NCBI RefSeq assembly: GCF_001194135.2
Contig: NC_068982.1
Coordinates: 154,640,260-154,704,259 of the forward strand
Reading direction: 5' to 3'
DNA from: Octopus bimaculoides
Lineage: Eukaryota
Length of the DNA: 64,000 nucleotides
A program made the position numbers and the translations under genes. The notes beneath the pieces were generated by a model, which was given only the letters and a program-made list of their open reading frames with translations, had not been told where the DNA came from and made no database searches. Shown here in pieces: positions 54,278-64,000 of this stretch; the stretch's first letter is position 1; every line of letters begins with the position of its first letter.

Positions 54278-55830
54278 TTTAACCACCCAGAAAGGCCGAC
54301 ATAGAGGGGACAACACAAAAACAACATAAAAATAAAATTAAAAATATGGTAACATGAATGATACATCAAAATAAAACATGAAAATGAGCTGCTCGCCCCA
54401 CTTCAAGCAGCAACACTTACTTCCTTCTGAATCCCGAGTCCTTCAAAACGTCCAATTTTCCCTCAGTTCCTCATATCCTACTTTTACCGGTATCCTTTTC
54501 AGGTTTGCATCAGTCTTCCAATACTTATAACCTTTTCTTATATTTTGCAATCACTTCCTTTTGGCTCTGAGACACCAGCACACACATGTGCCAACCCACA
54601 ACATTAGTATATCCCTCCACATCCACAAATTTTTCTGTCTTCCACCTTGTTACCTCATTTATTAGTTCCTCGTCTACATCCTCTGTTAACACACATACAT
54701 AGCTATTTTTACGGGGGTTGGGATTTTGTGTATCTTGCGATGTCTGTTTCTTTCTTTGTTTTACATTGTGAGGGAAGGGAATGGGTGGGTTTAGTTCTGT
54801 GGGGAGAGGGTGGGTCTGAGAGGTTATGGGTGGGGTGGAGATGGCTTGGGGTTTTACATCACACTGTTCTTTCTTTGTCTTTTTCCTTCTTCCTTCTGCC
54901 ACTGTCCATAATTATTCCTTTTTCCTTTCTTCCATCTGTACCTTTTCTTGCTTCTTCTCCGACTCTTTATCCACTTTTTCCAGACTATGCTTCTGCAAAG
55001 GACAGTGTGCTCTAATGTGGCCCATTTGGCCACATTCAAAACAGCGAGGATTCTGCCCTCCACCCACACTCTCAAGATTATGTCTCCTACGGTCACCGTC
55101 TCCGCCAAATCTTCCAAGTATTCTACTTCAGCCTGAACAATAAGTTCTAATGTTTTTCCTTTCCACATCACTTCCTCCGTTTCCTTGGCTTGGAGGACGG
55201 CCACTTCCTCCTCACTTCCAAGGAGGACAGTCACCGCAACCCAAGCCACATCTTTGTCTGGCGGGATTCCCTCTGCCCTGATCTTGGATGTCCTCCTTCC
55301 AAGGTACATGGGTAGAAAGACCATTTTATTCGACTTCACTGTGTTTACAGCCAGCGTCCTTGCTATTTCCTCCATCTTGAACTGGACCACCACCATCCCA
55401 TATTTGCTTCCTCTTGCCAAAAACACCATATCCTTAGATACCGCGCACAACGCCTTCTTAATTGTTTCGGCTTCTACTTGGTCTATCCTTTTCTGTTCCA
55501 CTAAATAAACTTTATACATAATTGTTCTCTTCATCATGTCCTCCATAACTTTCTGTGGAGATGACAACTTCACGTCACCACCTACTTTATGTACCATTTT
55601 TTGGATATTTTTCCATTTTAGACAAATCTATTTCATTCCTTTTTAACTCCGTTACCTCAGCGAAGCTCATTTTTTTTCCAAGACATCTGTCCATTCTGTT
55701 TACTGCCTTTACTAATTCCTCCTCTGAAGTGGACAATTCCGACCTGCTAAGGTCCGAATAGAACATTTTTTCATTAGCCATCGCTATCTCTAATGAAACA
55801 GAGAGAAAGCACAACTAGTAAAATCGCTGC
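54278..55830 (-). mobile_element. gag/ORF1-like retroelement with CCHC zinc knuckle and no ORF2 (HAL1-like)
   Basis: ORFs 55587-55814, 54854-55597 and 54525-54902 join through two frameshifts and one stop into one ~420-codon protein. It has an RRM-like region (GMVVVQF..EE.A) and V.VEG-RNPRCFECGQMGHIRAHC (CX2CX4HX4C, 55002-55043). After the stop at 54525 only ~250 bp of T-rich tail precede the mariner. Confidence 0.75.
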
Positions 55831-56314
55831 AAAGCAGCACAAAAATCAACACTTCAATACAACTCAATACACCTTCAAAAAATACGACTTGTGCTGAGAA
55901 TCTTGTTCAAATTCTGTTGCGATCAATCTTGCCATATATTCTTTAGGAATCGATAACATGAATTACCTATCTGGAACTTGAGACGAAAGTATCAACTAAC
56001 CCACTACCATAAAAACTCGCTCGCCTTTTGTCTAAATTAGAAACAATTATTTCTTATATAAAGCTAACCTGCCGTGAGAGACATGGTATAAAATGCCATA
56101 AAATTACTGCGGGAGACTAATTAGTTGTAATTCTTCCTTTCAAGAGAATTATTCGAACATAAAAATGGAATTCCACATGTTGAGAATGTAGATGAATTAG
56201 CCAATCTGGAATATATTATAGAGGGCAGAACCTGGAAGTTTTGCAGTAATAGGAACAAGGTTGTATGCCTCAGACAAAAACAAAATAAGTGCTGTTACTC
56301 AAAGTATGACAATA

Positions 56315-57209
56315 TGAGGTGGTATCAAAAAATTCCCGGACTAGTTCTGTAGTACGCTAACAGATGGCAGCACATGGTTGTGTGAGCAGTGAGAGTGTGC
56401 CGAGTGACATCACTATGTTTACTTCACAAGTTGTGAAATTTGATTTTTTGCGATCACATGTATGCTGCAGTCTGCGAATTTGTCATGGACAGGAAGTTGG
56501 AACAATGAGTCAACGTAAAATGTTGTGTTAAACTTGAGGACTCTGCTACAGGGACATTGAGAATGCTTCGGAAAGCGTAAGGTGATGAGGCAATGGGTCA
56601 TACGCAATGTTTCGAGTGGCACACGCACTTCAAAAGCGGAAGAACGTCCCTGGAAGACGATGAGCGACCTGGAATACCTGCCACGAGCGTCATCTCCGGA
56701 AATGTGATATTGTGCATCGAGAATTTGTCCCCCAGGGCCAGACCGTCAATCGAGAGTTCTACTGCGAAGTTTTGAAGCGTTTGAGGGAGGGCATTCGGCG
56801 AAAGTGATCGGATCTGTGGAGCGCGAAGAATTAGATTCTTTATGGCGACAATGCACCGAGCTTTCTTCACTCGTGAGTTTCTCGACAAAAACAACATGGT
56901 ATCACTCCGGATCCGCCCTATTCTCCAAATTTAGCACCTGCAGACTTCCATCTCTTTCCTAAGATAAAAATGCAGCTCAAAGGTCGCCGTTTTAATACCG
57001 TTGTCGATATCAAGAGCGAATCACAGAAGGTCCTCGACTCGCTTATGTAAGATGATTTCTAGGTCAATTTCCAAAAGTTGCAGGAACGCTGAAACCGGTG
57101 TATTGCTGCGCAAGGTGTCTCTTTCGAAGGTGATAATGTTAAAATTTAGGTTAATAAGTTATTTCTTTATTAAACTTCAGCAGTCCTGGAACTTTTTGAT
57201 ATCACTTCG
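56315..57209 (+). mobile_element. Internally deleted mariner element with both TIRs and TA target duplication
   Basis: TA+tgaggtggtatcaaaaaattcccggact (56313-) and agtcctggaactttttgatatcacttcg+TA (-57211) are imperfect 28-bp TIRs. Translation gives the HTH part (EWHTHFKSGRTSLEDDERPG), then jumps at ~56705 to IVHREFVPQGQTVN, DNAP and PYSPNLAPADF. The WVP motif and first Asp region are deleted. Confidence 0.93.
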
Positions 57210-58929
57210 TATCAACATTAAAAGAAATAATTGTTCGTAACAAGCTTACGGCAAAAAATTATGAGAATGGTCAATTGTTTAATACGCCTCAACATTTGGA
57301 TAGTAGTTTTTTTATAGATGGAGGCCTGCTTTTGAGAGAGGGGGAGGGAGTGAAGGAGGGAGCGATTATATTTAATGTAACACAAGAGGTCTATCAAAAG
57401 TTAAGGATTTTGAAAGAATTCATATATAACCGAAATCATGACTTTTATACATAACTTTCAGAAGTTCGAGAGAGTCAGAAAGGCAGATAAATAACCGTTT
57501 CATTTGTCTTGACTATAGATTTATTAAGATTTGTTTATGGAAGAAATCATCTACTAAAGTTCCTCTGAGTAGGGCTGCCAAAATAAGCACTCGCATTCCT
57601 TGGTAACTACGTTTTTAACGACTTATAATAGCCAGATTCGTGGGTGTGATGGAAATAGTTCAGTTTCAAATTGGCTCTGATCGAGCAAGCGGCTGAACAA
57701 AGGCGTTTTATTTTTAACCAACCCGTTTCTTTTATTCAGACATTTTATCTAAGAACTACATTAGCCCATGTAACCATAAACTTTTGAGATGGTAAGAAGT
57801 GATTTGACAGAGATTTACCCGATATCTCTATCAGTTCGAGAATAGGGAACTATGCATATGTTCTGTGGGTGTGAAGGACCGTTGTTATATCAGACATGCA
57901 CGATGAGATCACATGCGTGAGGCAAACGGAAATATGGGATGCATAAGATAGTTCTAATTATCTGACAGCTTTCAAATGGAGTTCCCGGAATTACCCGAAT
58001 GCACTTGAACAAATTACAGCGAAAAATAAGTTGCGAAAAGGGAGAATATTAATAGAGTGTAGGCTGTCTAAGTTTTCAACTGATTAACTGCATAGACTTT
58101 GTAAACTTTATAATCTGCAACATTTATACTGATCTTGTAGGTGACGATCTGGTTACTGGAAGCTGGACATATACTTTCTTTCAAAGAGAGTTTGTAGTGA
58201 GCGGATTAGCGATCTAATTAAATGGGATTTGAAAGAGCTATTAGCTAATAAGTAGCGAGTGAATTTAAAAATTAAACGTTTTATAGAATCGCTCAGATTT
58301 AGTAAAGTACGAGCGTACTACAGCAACTACAATGGCTGTAGGAAGAAATTTTATTGGAAAGATATTCTAAACGACACATGGTGGTGAGAATAGATTTTCG
58401 ATGCTAAATGGAAAGGCAATTTTGTGGCGCTAGGGCATGTGCTTTTAATATATAATAACAAAAGACTTTTAGTCAATGGATGGAATAACCAGGACACAGA
58501 AACAAAGCCCTTAAGTGATCAATAAACAAAAAAACACCTTTGTATAGAAGACTGTAGCAGTAATCAAGCAGTGAAAATTAACTGAAGCTTTATACATGGA
58601 AATACTATTATATATTCAATGGCTGGACAGAAGACTTCGGTTAGCTATCGCATGTCTCGAAACTACCAAGAGAAAATTCAATGGTTCTTTCAAATGAACC
58701 AAGAGTTCTATCAATTCTATAAAAAGGTGAGGGAAGTTCCCTTGATTGGTTATATAAAAAAAGAGGATGAGTAAGAGGGAATTAAATACGCATTCCAATG
58801 TCGAGCAACTTTGTTAACAAGTAAACTTCGCAGAGAAGGAAAAATTTGCTGTTATCCTTTATCATCCATCAAAACTGAACATTAAATGAAACTAAGGAAT
58901 TCTTCTCCGGGGAATTCTATAAACAACAT

Positions 58930-59900
58930 GGACCGCTGCTGATGGTATAATACTGACAATAAAAGAATCATGCTACCATACCACAATCGAGCGTAACTGA
59001 TATAGAACAAACAGTAGTAATGAATGAAGAAGGGAAAGCACGGTTAACAGCAAAATTCAAACAAAATTTCACCATCTGTAAGTAATTACACGAAAGAACC
59101 ATCACTACACCAAGCAACAGAAATCCTACCAATCTAATGTTGTCTGCAGTGGACGAAGTAATTAAGGCACACTTTTCCTCGCTCACTACCCCATGCCAAG
59201 GTCCCAACTGCGATAATCGATGCCATTAAGAGAATAACTGCAGCATAATGCTTTCAGTAAGAACTAAAGTTGCTACTATGGTCCCAACTACTGCAATGAT
59301 TAACAGAATTAGGCTATCAACTGTAGCATTTCATGGTAAAAACTTGTCTGCAATACTTTTCTCCCAGGCAGTGAAGCCCTTGTCAGCTCTGTTAACGCCG
59401 AAATGCAAAGCCTACACGATAGGATCTGGTGATGAAAGGAAGGTAATTTCATCGTCATCTTTTTTGTTGATAACATAACCTGTGTTCAGAGCACCTAAAG
59501 ACAGAACTAATCATAACATACTCGGTCAGGACAAGCGTTCATAGTTGGTAGTCAAACATGGAAAGATTTTCGACCAGGCAACGTATATAAACGCTAATGG
59601 CATGTCTGTCACCATGTCCCTACCTCTAGTGATGAATATTATAAATACTTCGGAATCAAGACAATATTGTATATGTAGGAGAAGTGAGTAAAGCTGAAGT
59701 GGTAAAAGAATACTTTAGCAAACTTTGGAAAGTTTAGAAGTGGAAGCTCTCTAAATTAAATAAGCCATATTCCACAAAGCTCTGGCATTGCCGGTGCTAT
59801 TACCAATATTTGGAATACTAGACTGAGCATTTAAAGAAATCCACAACTTGGATATCAGAACAAGATACAACGACTTATAATTTTTATATCAACAGAGGCA
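58930..59900 (+). mobile_element. Degenerate R4/Dong-type non-LTR RT fragment
   Basis: AFHGKNLSAILFSQAVKPLSALL (cf. IFQGDSLSPLLF.LAL.PLS.LL), YKYFGI, KEYFSKLWKV..KLSKLNK and ALPVLLPIFGILD*..EIHNLDIRTR are in the expected order. The boundary upstream of ~59290 is uncertain. Confidence 0.7.
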
Positions 59901-61480
59901 CTGTAGAGAATGTTAATAAGGGTATAAATCCACACAAAGAGACCGATAAAATAAGTATCAGACTTTAAAATTAAAGCACTGGGGTCGATTTGTTCAACTA
60001 TGCTGAGGCGAATTATATCATATGTTACATATTTGTGTGAACTAAGATCCCCGTTGACAGGCCGCTGATATTTATAGAGAGCTAAACATTTTTGGTATGC
60101 AAATTAGGGACTCCTTCATAGAGTAACTGCTGCATTTGTTGAGTATATAAGCAGTTTGGTTGGTTGCTTTTTCGGAGACTGTCGGAATGATGTAGACTCT
60201 TCCGACGAGAACTAATTGACATTCTAAAATCGATTATGGTTGTTCTTATTTTTGTTTCAGTCTGCGGAGAAATAGCTAAAATTTGCCCTGTTTATAATTA
60301 TGCCATATATTACACATATATATGCTTGTATATATACATACATATAACTATATATAGGTATGTAAACCAGTAGATCGGTAACTGTGTACGCGTGTGTTTG
60401 TTGTGCATTCATGTATATATTTCCTTTATAATTATCTATAATCACAAAGTGTTGTCTTTATCGTTGTGATGAAATAATTCCAGTAATTAATATACTAGCA
60501 CACATTCTAACGTTAATTTCCGTATTTCGAGTATCCTGAAAAGCTAATTAAACGTATATAAAATCACGAGTGTGCTTCCGTTATAAGATTTTGCACTTGT
60601 TGTCTACATACATATACGTAGACACACCACACGCGCGCACACACACATATGCGCGCGCGCAATTACTCACACACACACACACACAGACTTATGCTTCTGA
60701 GTCTATGTATGTGCATATATACAACACGTTGGGGAATCCTGATATAACGGAAGCAGTCGAAATATCGTGATTTCAAATACGCTCAATTTGTCTTTCAGAA
60801 TACTTGAAATACGGAAAATAACATTAAAACAGTATTCGAAATAATCTTGGAAAAACGAGCTATTTTATATATTATAAGAATAAATATATCACAATTATGA
60901 AGAAAATATTTTCCCTCCAAGATGATTTACACAGCACTTTGAAATTTTAATCAGTTTTGCGGATATAGCATTAATATACTGATAAAAGAAATAGAGATTC
61001 CTGAAAATACAAGCAAACTTCATATTTTACACTTCTGTTAAGCTTTATGCTAATTGCTCTGCACTAGAGAAATATTTCCGTTGTTACTGAGAAGTATTTG
61101 TTCATGTATACACACACACACATATATATATATGCGTGTGCGTGCGTGTTGCGTGTGTGTATGTGTGTGTATGTATGTATGTGTATGTATGTATGTATGT
61201 ATGTCATTATTCAGTTTTATTTCAAGATTTCTTGCCAGTAGAGAAAGAGCCGGTTATTAACCTAGATCCAATGCTCCTTCATTGGAATTTCAGCAACGTC
61301 AGCAGGGTACTTTTCTATGTGTGTATGTATGTATACGCACAGATGTGTATGTTTTATTTTACGTATGCCTTTTCATGCATATGGTTGCATATCTAAACAT
61401 GCTCATATATATTTAAAAGATAAACTTCTGGAAGGTTTTACAGATTTTTACAGTTCCAGTGATGGATTGGATCCTGAGGG

Positions 61481-62580
61481 AACTCAAATCATAATTGGCA
61501 TCCCCCAGGGAACTGTTCTTGGGCCATTACTGTTCATAATAGCCGTCTTAGATATGACCACGTTCACTCAAACAGCCACTGTCACTAACTATGGCGATGA
61601 TACAAAATTATCACAAGCAATAACAAACCAAGATGACGTCGCAAGCTTACAGCAGGACTTGAATTCGATATACAAGTGGGCCAAAATAAACAACATACAG
61701 TTCAACGCACTATCACTCACGAATACACCACAGCCTACATATACAGGACCCGAAGGGACTACAATCCCAGAGTCACAAGCAGTGAAAGACTTGGGGATCA
61801 GTATGTGCAATGACGCATCATTTTATATGCACATTACCAAGATTGCAGCAAAGTGCAGACAACTGGCAGGATAGATACTGAGATCCTTCAAGACAAAAGA
61901 CCAAGAAACTATGTTGACCCTGTGGAGAACCTTAGTTCTCAACCGCTTGGACTACTTCTCCCAGTTATGGTCACCATATTGTGCCAAACTAACAGCGGAG
62001 CTTGAAGCAGTTCAACGTCACTACACTAAAATGATCGAAACAGTGAAGCGGATGAACTACAGAGATAGGCTTAGATAACTGCAACTTTACTCCCTGGACT
62101 GAAGGCGTGAGAGATATGCAATAATCTACACATGGAAAATTGTAGAAGGGCTAGTACTTAATTTCAGCATTGAGTGTTATACAAATGCCAGAACTGGCCG
62201 CCGCTGTATTGTAACAAAAGTACCATCTATTCCGTCTAAATTAAAGACGAGGTACTGCAATAGTCTAAGGTTTAAAGGCCTACAGCTCTTCAATGCTCTG
62301 CCACAAAAATTAAGAAATCTGCATAAGGTGGAAGTAGATGTCTTTAAAAAAGAACTAGACATCTTCATCTCCACAATACTGGATGAACCAACAGCCCGAT
62401 ATGAAGTGCAGAAGAGGGCAGCGGAATCAAACTCCCTTATACACCAAATGGGCCAACAGCTGAGACAAAGGTACATATAGGAGTGGTGATGTGAAACATC
62501 CCAGACTGAGGAAATCAAAATGGCCAAGGTGATTCACCAGCATGACCGCAGCCGCATGGCTGAAACGAGTAAAAGAATAA
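61481..62580 (+). mobile_element. 5'-truncated CR1/L2-group LINE: RT C-terminal part plus 3' UTR
   Basis: One frame gives GIPQGTVLGPLLF, YGDDTKL, LQQDLNSIYKW, VKDLGI, RLDYFSQLWSP, LEAVQRHYTK, LQLYSL..RRER and FNALP..RAAESNSL. Three premature stops; terminal TAG at 62478-62480; tail ends aaaagaataa. Confidence 0.93.
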
Positions 62581-63139
62581 AAATATACATACATACATAT
62601 ATATATACGTATGAATACACACACACACACACCTAAATATATATNNNNNNNNNNNNNNNNNNNNNNNNNNNNNNNNNNNNNNNNNNNNNNNNNNNNNNNN
62701 NNNNNNNNNNNNNNNNNNNNNNNNNNNNNNNNNNNNNNNNNNNNNNNNNNNNNNNNNNNNNNNNNNNNNNNNNNNNNNNNNNNNNNNNNNNNNNNNNNNN
62801 NNNNNNNNNNNNNNNNNNNNNNNNNNNNNNNNNNNNNNNNNNNNNNNNNNNNNNNNNNNNNNNNNNNNNNNNNNNNNNNNNNNNNNNNNNNNNNNNNNNN
62901 NNNNNNNNNNNNNNNNNNNNNNNNNNNNNNNNNNNNNNNNNNNNNNNNNNNNNNNNNNNNNNNNNNNNNNNNNNNNNNNNNNNNNNNNNNTCTTCACACA
63001 TCTGTGACCTCCCCAGCGATACTTTCCGCCTTCGTGTGTGTTCTTTGCTTACTCCATTCTGTTCTTCTATGATGTGTATCCTTATATGCGCATGCGTCTG
63101 TGTTTGTGTGCGTGTGTACTTGTGTTGTGTGTGTGTGAG

Positions 63140-63932
63140 TGTGTGTGTGTGTGTGTGTGATTGTTCTTAGTAGCATTATGACCCTCCCCTTGGCACCGTC
63201 CCCTACCCCGTTGCCACTGCTGCTGTTGCCCTTGAACCCGACTTTTTCTACCGTTCTAGTCATGCAGAAGCATGATAACTACTTACATTGCAGAGACAGC
63301 ACGCAGTACAGGAGAGCGTATAGGTGAACACTGGCGAGAACTCAAAAAAGAGAAAGGCGCGTCAGTTCTCTATCAACATACAGAACATAGAGGCTCAGTC
63401 AGTAGCATAGAGGTCAAAGTATTATCAACGCATAGAACTGAAACGACACTTAGACAGATTACGGAGCCTACACACATAGCAATAGACAGACCAAGCCTCA
63501 ACAGGAAACACGAACGGAACAATGACACCCACCACCACACCACACAACAAGACGACTAAAGACAGAAGGGAGGAAAACAGCGTGATATACATACAATGGA
63601 CATAAATGCATATGCCTCTGGTAAATATAAAAAAATAAAGACATAAAAAACTATATAAAGGGTACAAACAACATAGGAAGCGAACCCATATAGACACACA
63701 AACACGCATACGGTAACTTCACAGACGGCCGCAACAATATCAACAACACGACTAACAACAATGGCAACAATAACAACAACAACAACTACCACGATGGGGG
63801 CAGCGTGGGCGAACACACAAACACAGTGAGTTACAAGAACTGTCCAAAAAGTTGGGTTCAAGGGCAGCAGCAGCAGCGGCAACGGGGTAGAGGACGGAGC
63901 TGAGGAGACGGTCATAGTGCTACTGAGAACAA

Positions 63933-64000
<68 letters not shown>
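63140..64000 (+). mobile_element. Penelope-like element end: GIY-YIG endonuclease fragment between inverted pseudo-LTR-like repeats
   Basis: ORF 63272-63559 gives YIAETARSTGERIGEH..SVLYQH..RQITE..I...PSLNR, the GIY-YIG C-terminal half as in PLEs. Arms 63160-63262 and 63831-63933 are ~85% reverse complements, each continuing into (TG)n/(CA)n. Confidence 0.8.

Noticed and set aside
54647-55015. Hydrophobic plus-strand ORF, and the hydrophobic minus ORF at 58968-59207, suggesting membrane proteins
   Set aside because: Both are antisense shadows of transposon coding sequence (ORF1-like element; probably the R4-type element for 58968-59207).
57380-58100. Possible third mariner (gaggtctatcaaaagtt resembles a TIR start)
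   Set aside because: No matching second TIR or convincing transposase motifs could be read.

Overview
Eukaryotic, AT-rich, microsatellite-dense draft-assembly window with many N gaps. The SINE/LINE repertoire and repeat density look like an octopus (coleoid cephalopod) genome; that is inference, not shown by the sequence. One protein-coding gene can be assembled by hand on the + strand. It is a 139-aa Id/extramacrochaetae-like helix-loop-helix protein split over three coding exons (28946-29104, 30724-30802, 43843-44024), with canonical GT-AG sites and consistent phases. None of these exons is in the supplied ORF track. The rest is transposon debris: three tRNA-type SINE families, a Helitron helicase relic, two Tx1/L1-type ORF2 relics, two decayed mariners, an R4/Dong-type RT relic, a 5'-truncated CR1/L2-group LINE, a Penelope-like GIY-YIG fragment between inverted repeats, and two gag/ORF1-only elements without RT. 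The most interesting observations are: (i) the HLH protein keeps an Arg-rich 'basic' segment but lacks the E-box-reading Glu/Arg; (ii) an intronic 40-bp hairpin encloses a hammerhead-ribozyme core; (iii) an apparent ORF1-only (HAL1-like) retroelement family is present; (iv) a LINE and a SINE family share a 3' tail; (v) there are possible antisense spliced exons, and inverted SINE pairs that could form dsRNA. There is no CRISPR, rRNA or genuine tRNA gene. I found no clearly new multi-gene system. All protein-family calls are from motif recognition by eye, without database searches.
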